The translations under genes and the position numbers were made by a program. Positions 51,091 through 63,100 of a stretch of 64,000 nt of DNA are shown here, piece after piece (the stretch's first letter is position 1; each line of letters begins with the position of its first letter). The stretch covers positions 97,774,001-97,838,000 of the forward strand of contig NC_043000.1 in assembly GCF_006345805.1 (NCBI RefSeq), read 5' to 3'. The notes under the pieces are model-generated. The model worked only from the letters and a program-made list of their open reading frames with translations, was not told the DNA's origin and ran no database searches. This DNA is from Octopus sinensis (lineage: Eukaryota).

Positions 51091-53059
51091 ATACATTTTG
51101 CCTCTAAACTTGCTACCTACCAATATTATTTCATATGAATGAAGAACAGATGAGGGAGGGATGAACTATTACTATCTTCATTATCATTGTTTTAAAGTCT
51201 ACGTTTCGAAGCTTGCACAGGTCAGATGAAATTTGTTGTGATGTAACTATTCTATGGCTTAATCTTATCGCCAACATTCACCTGTTTAGAAGCAAGGTAA
51301 TACTTCTAGTCCTTCAAACAATAAACAGCACAACGGACATATTTTCACAGAAGTCTGCAAATGAACAGTATTGCTCGTATGATAGTGATATTTGTGTAAT
51401 GTCAAGACAAGGACACACAGACACACAAAACAAGATCCTTTGATTTTCCATATTCCAAATCCACTCACAGTGCTTTACATTTTTAAGCTGAAGCTTTCTA
51501 AATGAATAACTAATGCATTAACACTCACCTAACCATGTATGTCTTCAGTCTAATTTAACTAATATACAAGGTTAATGATTTGATTCAATGCATACTACTT
51601 CTATACACTAATCAAATCTTGGATAGCCATCATTGCTACTCAGAGTTCAAACCCAGCTAAGGTAAACTGAATCTTTCAGTCAGAAACTGAAATGGTTTAT
51701 AAAGTAAGTATTAAACACTCACTGGGGATGGAATGGATCTCATCAAAATCTATGCTCTTAGTTTATCTATTGGTCTGAAACATCATTAGAAATGATTATC
51801 ATCCCAATCATCATCATATGAGAATGAACACTAACTCACAAAAGATAATAACCCATGATATACATAGAGCAGACAATACCATATTATGAATTTGGCATTA
51901 ATCAAAGATAAAGGAAAGAAAGAAAACCAACTACTAGTTCCACCCCACATCCTCTCTACTTATTGTCAGTTGCCATTAACAACCAGCCCAGGAAAGTTAT
52001 TGTTTAGGGATAGCAAAATGCTTTTTGCAAGAGAAAGCAGAGGGAGTGGGGAATAACCATGCTTGAAGTAATGAAGAAAATGATGAGCATATGTGAGAGG
52101 GAGAGAGTGCGTGTATGTGTGCGCGTGGGAGAGAGCATGCATGTGTGTGTTAGTGTTTGTGCATGTGTGTGAGTATGCGATTGTGAGTGTGCATTAGAGA
52201 AAGAGAGAGAGAGATGTGTGTGTGAGTGTGTGCAATTCAAGAGAGGAGTTGTGTGTGTAAGAGTGCAGATATTTATGTGTCGCAGTATGTGTACATATGA
52301 GTACAGATGTATGCATGTATAAAAGTGTGGATGCATGTGTAAGTGTGGAAAAGTGTAGTTTTATGTGCGTGTGTGTGTGTGTGTGTGAAGGGAGGGGGGC
52401 AACAAACTCATGAGGCAAGATTAAAAAAAATAAAAATAAAGTGTGGTGTATTGCTGAGTGGAGAAAACCAGGGCAAGAGGAGAATGAGAAGAGAGAGAGA
52501 CTTTTCTTGTAACCTCAAGGAAACATGATGCAGCTGCTGCATGTGGATATGTGTGGATGGGTGGGTGGGAGGGGGTGACAAAGGACAGAGGAGAGAAACA
52601 AGAGGGAGAAGGGGCAGAGATGGGGGAAGGAGAAAGAGAAAAGATTTTAGGTTTATCTTAAGCAATGCATTTGGATTATGTCAGTAAAATAAACTACATA
52701 GGTGATTACATGTTTGCAATTCTTTGTGTATGTGCATGCGTACATCATGTGTGCAAGCGTGCTTGCTCATGTATGCTTTTGAAACAGTAAAAAGAAAATG
52801 TTTTATGAAAAGGCCAACTTTTTCTCTTTTGCATAAGCATATGAGCAGGTCTTTGTATGAATGCATCTTTAAATTCTAATGTAATGTACTTGTATATCAT
52901 TACAGGTAATATGTCATACACGAAAGAACATTTTTGTGGATCAAAACATATTAAGGTTGACTGCAAAACCAAACTGAGAAAGTTTGAATAAATATATCTA
53001 CACAAACGAGTTTGTAAATTTAGTTTCTTCATTCATTGTTACATTAAAAACAAAGTAGT

Positions 53060-53169
53060 AGTATACCATTCTGCCTAGTTCAGGGCTGATCAATACCTTG
53101 TGAGTGAATGAGGTAGATGGAAACTGTGTAGAAGCCCATTGTATGAATGTGTGTGTGTGTGTGTATGTA

Positions 53170-53216
<47 letters not shown>

Positions 53217-53420
53217 CATCTTTGTTTTAGTCACCAATCAATGCTTGACAACTGGTGTCAGTTGTCTAATTCCCCATAACTTAATGGTTCAGCAAATAGC
53301 ATTAATAGAATAAGTACCAGACTTTAAAAAAATTTTTTAAAAAAGCCCCGGGGTTGATTTGTTTGACTGAAGCCTTCAAGGTGGTGCCCCACATAGACAC
53401 GGTCCACTGACTGAAACAAA
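53060..53420 (+). mobile_element. CORE-type SINE with internal (TG)n(TA)n microsatellite
   Basis: ccttgtgagtgaatgaggtagatggaaactgtgtagaagccc, atagaataagtaccag, ccttcaaggtggtgcccc..actgactgaaacaa. Confidence 0.7.
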
Positions 53421-54179
53421 TACAACTAATAAACAACTACAAAGATACATGTACTTCTCTCTCTCATACATAACAAACAGGCTAGTCTTAATGTTAGTTA
53501 CAAAATGCTGATTTCTGTTAACTTGGGGAGAAGCAAAACTTTTTTTTTTCTGTTTTTCAGATGACAAACAATGATACTTTTCTTTGAATTATATGCTAAA
53601 ATCACCTCAACGGGAAAATTTCAAGTGAATGGCAATCATATAGGTCAACAAGAATTTACCTTTTCTGATATGATGCTGACTACAAAAAGTCACAAAGAAT
53701 CCTCTATCAACCTGCAAGGATATTTATTAGCAAATCTCCCAAAACTGACAGCATTCCATCCTAAAAATAAGGACTGCTGCATTAGACAGAAATCTTCACA
53801 TACAAAAGGGTAGGATAGTCACAACTAAATTCTGGATCTTTGATAACAGATTGGTTCAGAGCTGACTGGATGCGAGTGGGGGGGGGAACAAACATTAAAA
53901 ACAAAATATTGCTGCTTTAGAATAAAAATTATCTTTCATATTGGAATATGCATATATTTGTGCCAGCTCAGTTTTCCCTTTTGTATACAACTGATTTATC
54001 TAATACTCAGTTTTTCACTCAGCTCATTTGTTATGTCATCCATGCATTATATACAAAGTGAAGCATGCAAACTTCATTTTGCTCTAGATTTTGCATATTT
54101 TTCACATTAGTGCTCATGTTTGGCCATTATGCAATATTATACTTGGTCTGCAGTAACATACAATCTGCCCATCACTTAA

Positions 54180-54361
54180 CCATTTAACATTGAAACCAGC
54201 CATATCCAGATCTGGCCTCTCACACCAACTCAACAATGTCATTCTAAAAATAAACAGTCATACTGTCACACTCTCAAAATTATGAAAGAATGCATGACTA
54301 ATTTAAAATAATGTGAATAAATAAGCAATATATTTGAAAGAGTAATCTGAATGCTGAAGGG
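54180..54361. mobile_element. piggyBac-type MITE (family C), opposite orientation to 55540-55743
   Basis: ttaa-ccatttaacatt ... aatgctgaaggg-ttaa. Confidence 0.7.
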
Positions 54362-54379
54362 TTAAAGAGAAAGTTTCTT

Positions 54380-54856
54380 TACTGCCAGAAGTTCTCTGAA
54401 CTTTTGCCATTGAATGTTTATTTGCACCACTAGGTTTTTCAAACAACACCTCCATAACTCATTAGGTTACTTAGGTAACAGAGGCAACAAACAACATACA
54501 GAGAGACTTCTAACCATTTGAAGAAACTCATTTTATGGGTGCTTTCACTACTAACTACCCCTGTGCATCTATTATATAAGAAGTCCTTTTTCTGTCAGCC
54601 TAAGTGAAATTTCACTCCCACTGCTAGTGTATCTACAGTTTACATCAGACATACAGCAAAGAATTCATACCAGCACCTTTTCTACATATCAAGCAAGGTC
54701 ACCTCTCCGATGGTAGTAGACTTATCTCCTTTCCTGTTAACATTAGTCTTTGTGAAATTTACTTTTAAACTTCTTGAATCTGAGTATTGCTTCCCATGTT
54801 TGGAAATTTCTTCTGAGTCTGATATGGTTATGAGAACTAAATCAGCATACAGAAGT
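54380..54856 (-). mobile_element. Old RTE LINE fragment spanning the RT YADD region and the PHD-finger insertion
   Basis: Minus strand reads LLYAD-LVLI, then R*PCLICRKGAGMNS...CKL*IH, then VVCCLCYLSN (young copy: IVDSFRYLGD). Confidence 0.65.
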
Positions 54857-55229
54857 TTGCAACATCAATAATGAATGGTAAGAAATTTCATTGTGCAGTC
54901 AAATATCTGTTTGTTTCTAGTGAAATAACAGATATTTGACTTATTTTTCAATGGCTGTGAGGCTTTAAAGGGGTGCTAGACTACTGGCCATATGATCATA
55001 AAAGTTAAGTTACATTCACTGAGTTGTGCACCTGAGTCAAGCTCATTTAACTGATTAAAAAAAAATCCACCCCCTATTTCATGACTGAAGTGTCTAATGA
55101 CAGGAAGAACATTCAGTTGTAAAGATCAAAATATTTTGAAATAATGAATTTAAACAAAAAAATTTCCCTAAATATCAAAAATATATTTTCACCCATTATT
55201 CATACAATCCATCCACCTTCTACATTCAC

Positions 55230-55535
55230 TATTCCTGGGAATCCCCAGGCACCTCCTCTCCAAAACAACATCATTATACTTTCTGGTTGAATTCCCAAGC
55301 GTAACCAACCAAGTCTACGGATATTATCCAACCATCTTGTTCTTAGTTTACCACTAAGTCTCCTACCAGTTGGCTTGGCTTGAAGAATATGTCATGTGAT
55401 TACATGTCCACAACACTGGAGCTGTGAATTCTCAATATGGAGAAGTAACAGCTTGATCCAGAGAGACTCTTTGATCTATGAGGTATGCACCCTGATGAGT
55501 AGCATCTATTTTACCTGAGACAATGCATACCTTGC
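55230..55535 (-). mobile_element. Degraded Expander/Rex3-type RTE C-terminal fragment
   Basis: Remnants LLLHIENSQLQCCGHV and TGRRLSGKLRTR..LGWLRLGIQPE resemble LLLHIERSQLRW.GH and GRRPRGRPRTRW..LAWERLGIPPE. Confidence 0.5.
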
Positions 55536-55539
55536 TTAA

Positions 55540-55743
55540 CCCTTTTAGCATTTAGATTACTGTCAAATGTAATAATTCTTTACTCACATTATTTCAAACT
55601 AATCACTGCATCATCTCGTAATTTCAAGATTTCATTGATGGGATTGTATATTTTTCAAATGACATTGTAAGGTAGGCATGAGTAGTCAGATCTAGCCAGG
55701 TAGAATATTTGGGCTGGATATCACTGGTTTAAATGTTAAAGGG
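55540..55743. mobile_element. piggyBac-type MITE (family C)
   Basis: ttaa-cccttttagcattta ... taaatgttaaaggg-ttaa (TTAA at 55536-55539 and 55744-55747). Confidence 0.75.
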
Positions 55744-56004
55744 TTAAAGAGTCACCACCAAGTGCCTGAGGATAACTGAGTTGGAACATATCAGTTATAC
55801 TCATTCTAGTAAGAAGACCACCATCAGATGTTTTCTACTTCTAGTTTTCTATTAGGAGATCAATCTCTATGTCAGCTGTGAGGATCACATACATAGTGTC
55901 TTTTTTCAGACACTATGTATGAAAGACAACATATTCAATGTATCGTCCTGGATTAAGATAGTGTGATTTGAGTGACAGTCAAGCATTTGGTGATGACTCT
56001 TTAA

Positions 56005-56122
56005 CTTTTTAGCATTTAAACCAGTAATATCCAGCTCAAATATTATACCTGTTTTACATCCAAACTAGCTAGATCTGACTTTTCACACCTACCTTACAAT
56101 GTCACTCACATTTCTAAATGGG
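56005..56122. mobile_element. Internally deleted, inverted family C MITE
   Basis: ttaa-ctttttagcattta ... ctaaatggg-ttaa; the body is the reverse complement of 55661-55743. Confidence 0.65.
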
Positions 56123-59100
56123 TTAAGTGATTCCATTAATACATCTATATTGGTTCACATGCCACTGGTTCTCAACAGATACTGAGTCCCTTTCACAAAA
56201 TGGCATTTTACATATTTTCCCACTTCATGCTTTTTTGCAATTCAAAAAAAAAAAAAGCAGATTATATGACTACCTTAATTAAACAGAAATTACTCTTTTT
56301 ATGCAATGGTTTATTATCCCATTGTTCTTTCTTGTGCCTCCTTTTAGATAGTTTCATAGACTAGTACACACTGTTATTTTGCTAAGGAAATTTCTAAAGG
56401 TGAAGACATATATAATGACCTTGGCACAGAAGCCACGTTTCTGCTCACTGATAACACAAAACGTTCTTATATTCTAATCTTGACAATGATTTCCTTTTTC
56501 TTACCTTTTTGAAAATGTGTTTAAAACATATTATACATCATGATAGTTTTAATATTTTATTTCTTAAAAAAAATCATCACCACCTTATAGGGTACTATAA
56601 CTCAGGTAGCATTAATAAATCTAAGAGTGTAATAGTGGCAATTATGTTAGCCCCCAAAATCTGTTCCAATCCAGTAAAACTATAATGATAAAAGATGCCC
56701 CCTGTAATCTTTTTCCAGACAATATCTACGGCTATATTATCCAATCAGTCTTTATATTTTTACAGGAATGTTTTTTGCTTTGTTGTTTGTTTTTCTAAGA
56801 TTTGGTTGGTATTTCTAGCAGGTTAATAAAAACTACATTGAGCCTTTCTTGTTGATTTATTCTGCTGTCCGGCAAAGTGATTAGGGTAAACAGCCACTCG
56901 CGTTTATCTCTGCAGCCCCAACACCAATTTACAGCAACTAACTACGTGTCGTTTATAAGCCAGTAAGCCGCTATGCGGCCATTTGACTTGCTAAAAATAG
57001 TAATCAAATCTCCTTTAATTTACACGCTACATACAGTTTCAAATAAAGAATAGATTGAATCATTATAGTGCTTGATCATAGGCGTGCTGCTTGATCAGGA
57101 CTAACCAGGGGCTAAACAACGAGTTGACCAACTTGCAGTCAGTTTTGATAAATATGATAAGATAAAGAGAAGCTAAGATAACAGCTTGTGCACAAGGTAA
57201 CAGCTAATAACTGCAATAATGACTTAAGTTCTGTTCATTAAATAAATATAAATACACCCCATCACCACCACTCCGCTCCTAGTCAACGTCTGGGTTGGTT
57301 TCATTCAGTTTTTTTATCACAACTAGATTTAGTTGGTTCTTCCCTCAGTTCTGCTAATCTAGAATACCTTTTGGAGACACTTTATTTTGGACTTATATTA
57401 CAAGAGAACGAAAGAAAAAGATAATAAAAAACAAAGGAAATAAACAAGAAAGAAAAAAAGGTAGGATGAGTAGTAAATTATTGTATAATGTAATTTCGCC
57501 TTTAAAATGCTCTTTCATAAAGTATATAGCGGTTTGAAGGAGGGTCTTTGCTCCTATTTCTAGCAGGTCGCTCGACCACGTTGTGGCGCTCACGTTCGCT
57601 GTTAAGGGCCGGATGTGGAGAGTTGGATGGTTGTAAAGTCAAAAAGACAAAAGCGAATGATTTAAATAAGAAAGTTAGAGAAACAAGTGTTAGTGTAGAC
57701 TTAAGGGGTTTGGGAAGTTGTCAAGAACGAGAAGGAATTGAAAGAGAGAAAAGAGAGGGGAGGAGAGAGACAGAGAAAGAGAATACGAAATAAGAAGAAA
57801 AAAAATCAAAACAAAGGCCAGAGAGCAGTTCCAATGATTACAACGTGAGAAAGACTAAAACAGCTTCTGTTATAGGGACGAGGAAAAGGAGGAGGAGATG
57901 GAATAAGTGATAGTGGTGGTGGTGACTTTCTGCTTGTGTTGGGAGACAGAGGCATGTAAAACGAGAAACGGATATAATATGAAGTGTTTTCCTTGCTGTG
58001 TGACCGAAGAAAGTTGAGTAAAGGTCACGAACAGTGGTGGAAGACGATAATAGGTGGATATGGAAACAAGGAAGGGTGCGTGCAATCCTAAGGTTTAGGG
58101 GTGTTTGAGACAAAACAAAACAAGATAAGACAGTTCTTAACCCCCACCACTCAATCCAGCCTTGCTTTAAGTAGATCTATGATCAAAGGAGTTTCGACCA
58201 TCAACAGCCTTCTGTGTTTTTTTTGTTTGTTTTTCATCAGGCAGTGTATCTCAGACTGCTACTATTATCCAGTGTCCTTAATTTTTAAGCCAGCTGAATT
58301 AGATGAGGGAAATCTGGCTGTTATTTCTGGCAGGTCGAGACTTCCTTATTGGACACGAGAGCATGCTTATAAAGAATTACAAAAAACTTCACGGAAATAC
58401 TATTGTCTGTTTCACCAGTCAAATAGAATATTCTTGCTGAAGGAGCTGATAAATCACATGAAAAAAGAAAAAAAAACGGTCTAATAGAAGTTGGACTATA
58501 TATAATACGTGGCTAAAACTTCACACAATACATAGACAAGCTTCACTGCTTTAGAATCAACACAGGAAGAGGTGTGTGTGATAGAACGGTATTTTTTCTA
58601 GATTTTTGTATTTCTGGTTCAAAACTCACTGGGGTCAACTTTGCCTTTGATCCTTCCAGGGTTGATAAAATATGGTATCTGTCAAGTACAAAAATATTTA
58701 ATTGACTTAAACCCCATCCACCGAAATTGCTGACCTTTTGCCAATATTAGAAATATATACATATACACACGACCATGCATATATGTCTAAACAAAATAGA
58801 TACATGTTGATAAGGATCTCTCCTGAAGCAATTTATTTAATTATGTGTGTGTATCTTCCAGTGACTAAATAAATTTATTATATTCATATTTTATATCACT
58901 CACAGTGGAGAAAAAATTGTGATAGATTAAAAAGAGGTAAAAATCTGTTATTCCTCACTGGATTTGAACTCAGGTTAAGCAAGTATCAAATTGAATAACA
59001 TAGAATCCAGTACAAGATCTCGTGTTCTACTATTAATGATATCCTATCATTTTGGATAATGTTCTGCTCCCTACTTCTACCATTCCCTCTTTCACTTGGA

Positions 59101-59853
59101 CATCAGGTTTGTAGAATATTGCATATCATAGATCTATATCATAGTCAGGACTGACCAAGGGCTAAACAACACCAGCAAAACCCAAGGCAGGCAAGCTCTC
59201 CACCATATATATCCACAACACCACTAGTACTACCACCCACTGGTGATGGATGTTGACAGACATTCTTCGTTTGGATTAGATGTTCATAATTTTCCATGAT
59301 GTATATACAATTACCTATCCTTGGCACCAACTGAGATCTCTATTGCTGACTTGGTTCACTGGGCAATTGACCTTAAAGTGGTTGCTACACAACAATCATC
59401 TCCCTAACTATTATCTGGCCATTGTGACAATATCCAGACACAACTCCTTCACACTTTTAAATGAGGTGGATATACAGATTCCGTAACAGTGCGTTTTCCT
59501 CGAAGACAAGCACATTTGGCAACATCAAAACAAAGACAGGGTGTGTTGGATACAAAATGTCAGAACCTCTACCCACTCAACACTATTCACAAAATTAGTT
59601 TAAAAAAATACACACACACACTTTATATATATATGTGTGTGTGTGTGAGTGTGTATATATATATATATATATATAAATAAAGAAAATATATATAAAATAT
59701 TACTGCAATGATTATCCTTGTGAACATGTATCCTGTTTTGTTTTTACATATACATATCTGCATGCACCTCTATATATCTTCATTTGTGTAAACCTCTCTA
59801 AATACATAAATATATATCATATATAATACATAATATGTATATATGCATATATA

Positions 59854-61113
59854 TTGTGTCATCCCATAAATAATACATCTTTTTTATACTACTTTTATTT
59901 TTAAAAATTAAGATAGTTTTTTTAAAAATCTAAAATATACTCTCCATTTTCTACAATGCTCTTTCCTCTGTCTAGTAGACTTGCAAGGCCCTCTTCCCAA
60001 ATTCCCTGGTCCGTGATGAAAAATACTTCTCCAGTACTGTTCTGACCTCATCTACAGAATTCATATTTTTTCCGTCCAAATGATTTTGAAGACTGCAGAA
60101 ATAAATTATAATCAGATGTGGCAATGTCTGGTGAATATGGTGGGTGGCACATCATTTCCCATTCAAACTGCTCCAGTTATGAAATGTCATCCTTGCTGCA
60201 TTCGGCCGAGTATTATCCTGATGGAAGAACACCTTTCGTCTTAAAACCAAAGAAGGTCGTTTTTCTTCTATCGCTGACTTAAGCCGTTCAAGCTGCTCAC
60301 AGCAGATCTTTGTTATCATTTGATTTGGACTTAAAAATTCAAAGTCAACTAAGACTTTCATATCTCAAACAGATAACAACACCTTATGTGGGTAAAGACC
60401 TTCTTTAGCCTGGGGTGCCAGTGTTTCTCCTTTCCCTACCCACTGTCTTTGGTGCTTGACATTTTTATAGAGAACCCATTTCTCGTCACCAGTCACCATT
60501 CGGTCTAAACAAGGTTCATTTGTGAGACACAACAGCAAAGAAGAGCACATATTCACTCACTTCGCACAATTAGACTCAGAAAGCTTGTGAGGAACTCAGT
60601 GACCCAATTTACTAACTTTTCCAATGGCATGCAGGTGTTGATGAATGGTTGATTGACCAAATCCAAGCTTCTCTGCTAGTTCTTTAACAGTTACGATGAA
60701 ATTCTGTTCCACCAGGGTTTGCAGGACATCGTCGTTGAGCTCTACAGACCTTCCAGGATGAGGCACGTCTTCTAGGCTGAAGTTTCCAGCTCGGAATTTC
60801 TGGAACCACTGCTGACACTGGCTTATGCTTATTGTCTGATCCCCATATACTGCATTAATATTCCTTGCATTTTCCATTAAGTTGTTGCCTTTATTGAACT
60901 CATAAAACCAAATATGTCAAATATGCTTCTTTGTCACTTCCATTATAGCTTTGAAAAAAAAAACTTAAAATTGAACTGCGTTCTTAAACTTGCACTAAGA
61001 ATAAGGACAAGGTAAAATTACCACCTGCTTTTATAGTAAGTTGATACAGGTGTCCCCCTCTGATTTTTAGTTCATGCAATTGAAAAAGCCATATTATTTA
61101 TGGGATGACCCCA
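59854..61113 (-). mobile_element. Full-length (1260 bp) inactive mariner transposon
   Basis: TA TSDs (59852-59853 and 61114-61115); TIRs ttgtgtcatcccataaataata / tattatttatgggatgacccca; transposase remnants inside. Confidence 0.95.
59922..60943 (-). pseudogene. Mariner D,D34D transposase pseudogene
   Basis: MEVTKKHI..YEFNKG..WFQKFRAGNFSLED.P.PGR (HTH), VPHKL, VTGDEKWVLY, FHQDNTRP, PYSPDIATSDYNLF, ..ENGEYILDF*; multiple stops and frameshifts. Confidence 0.9.
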
Positions 61114-61338
61114 TAGATACCCTTTAGCAAGAAACTTGTTCTACTTTGGTCCCTTTTCTCATACTTTAAACTCCCATCTCCTAGAATAAAGCTTCTTTTG
61201 GGGGTTTGCTGCATGACAATCCCACTACTGCTGACCCCACGAAAGATAGAAAGAGAAAGCACCGAATTTACATATAGAAGTGGCTACCTTAGGAAAGGCA
61301 TCCAGCCACAGTATAATACAAACATACATGTACACACA

Positions 61339-61341
<3 letters not shown>

Positions 61342-61392
<51 letters not shown>
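61342..61392. repeat. (TA)n microsatellite, one of many (TA)n/(CA)n/(GA)n tracts
   Basis: Read directly from the sequence. Confidence 0.95.
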
Positions 61393-61395
<3 letters not shown>

Positions 61396-62972
61396 GGAGG
61401 GAGAGAGAGGTACTGGTGAAAGTAGGAGGAGATACATTTAATAGAGAACAAGGCAGTAGTTTAAAAATGAAAGTAGGAAACAATGTGATAGAAATTTGTT
61501 CAGCAAAAGAAATAAGTTAAGATGTTTAGTTATTTTTGTGATATAGTTTACAAAGACAAACTAAAAAACGTTAAGTAATGAAAATCGGAATGCGCGCGCG
61601 TGTGTGTAGTAAAGTAAGATCTCGGGAGGTTGAAAAACCAGAGGATCTAAGTGCAGACGAGTATACACGTGTTGTAGTCTGACCTGTCGGGTGAGATGAG
61701 GTCAACACAAAAAAAAAAAGTTATGTGAAGTTTTGTAACTATATACACATATTCATACATAAATGTTTGTGTGTATCTCTCTCTCTCTATATATATATAT
61801 ATATACACACACACATATACATGCATACACACATATGTACACATGCATACGAACATATACACATACCATACACAACCATGTCAACGAAGTGTAGAAATTG
61901 ACAAGTTATATGCAAATTTATTTCCTTTCGCTTTTCACTATGTACAGTACCACTCAGATTGAAATAATAATAACGCTTTATAGAAGGAACCTCAATTTTT
62001 CAGATTCACATGAGGAGGAAACAAGATTTTGCGACGTTCATGCTCAAATAATTACGTAAGAAAAAATTAGACACGCATGCTTATTTGGATTATTAGAGCG
62101 AGACACACACACACACACACACTCTGCCACCCCTTTCTTACTCTATACACACCACACACAAACGAAAATACTAAGAATCTAATATAAACAAGATCAAATA
62201 TAGTATTCACAAATTGTTTACAAATGTGGAAAGATACATGCATATTACACAAATTCACATTTATAGTTCTTTAATTCATTTTAACCAGCGCAAAGCAAAC
62301 GCTTTTGCGCGCGCACACGTTTTCATATATATATATATATCTATATATACACACACTCAAAATTTCATATACATATGAATTGTGTAGATATCAGATTTTG
62401 TGCATATTTGTGTCTAAAAAAGCATGTGTATACAAGAATAAAATATTTTACATATTAAACGTTACATATAGGTACTTTTTCATGTTTCGCTTTATACACA
62501 GTTATATATCAAATTACATTTTTGTTGTAATAATTACTGCTCTATTCTTTAGAGTGTGCTTCTTTTCTGATACATGTTTTATTGACTATATATATATATA
62601 TATACATACAGAGAGAGAGAGAGAGAGTGTTTCACATTCACACACACATATATATATATATATAAGCGCGCACACAAATTGTTACATGTTACATTTTATT
62701 TATATGAATATATAAAATATATATCTTGCTTGTATGAATGTATATTATTTTTGTTTAGTTTATGTGCATTTTGTTACATATAATTACAATTTCTAATGTT
62801 TATATATATATGACGGCTGTGAAAAATTAAAATGAAAGGAGAAGACAAGCGGTTGAAGTCTTTCTTGCTCTCTTTCTCTTAAGCAGCCCCCCTCGCCCCA
62901 TGCTTGACAGTAGTAGTAGTAGCAATAGTAGTAGTAAGCTTTATAGTTTTTTTTTTTTATACTTATACTTAC

Positions 62973-63100
62973 CCAGTAAGTGTTGAATCCCTATTAGAAA
63001 TAGGAGTCAGCGAAGAGGAAGAACTGGATAGAAGGAGCTGCTTTTGCTCAGCTGGGCTGGCCAGTGGCAGCAGTGAACTTATCTTACAACCGTCAAACAT
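62973..63100 (-). CDS. Candidate first coding exon of an unrecognised minus-strand gene: MFDGCKISSLLPLASPAEQKQLLLSSSSSSLTPISNRDSTLT(G)
   Basis: aagATG with in-frame upstream stops; only one frame is open to the canonical donor TGG|gtaagt at 62972 (phase 2); non-repetitive, GC-richer island in a CpG-retaining region. Could instead be a uORF in a 5'UTR or lncRNA exon. Confidence 0.55.

Noticed and set aside
51529-51549. 21-nt candidate microexon with a TAG|gtgagt donor
   Set aside because: No polypyrimidine tract at the acceptor.
55481-55533. Possible hammerhead ribozyme (stem aggtatgca/tgcatacct enclosing CTGATGAG)
   Set aside because: No GAAA core (gagac instead) and no stem III or cleavage triplet; it lies in a decayed RTE coding remnant.
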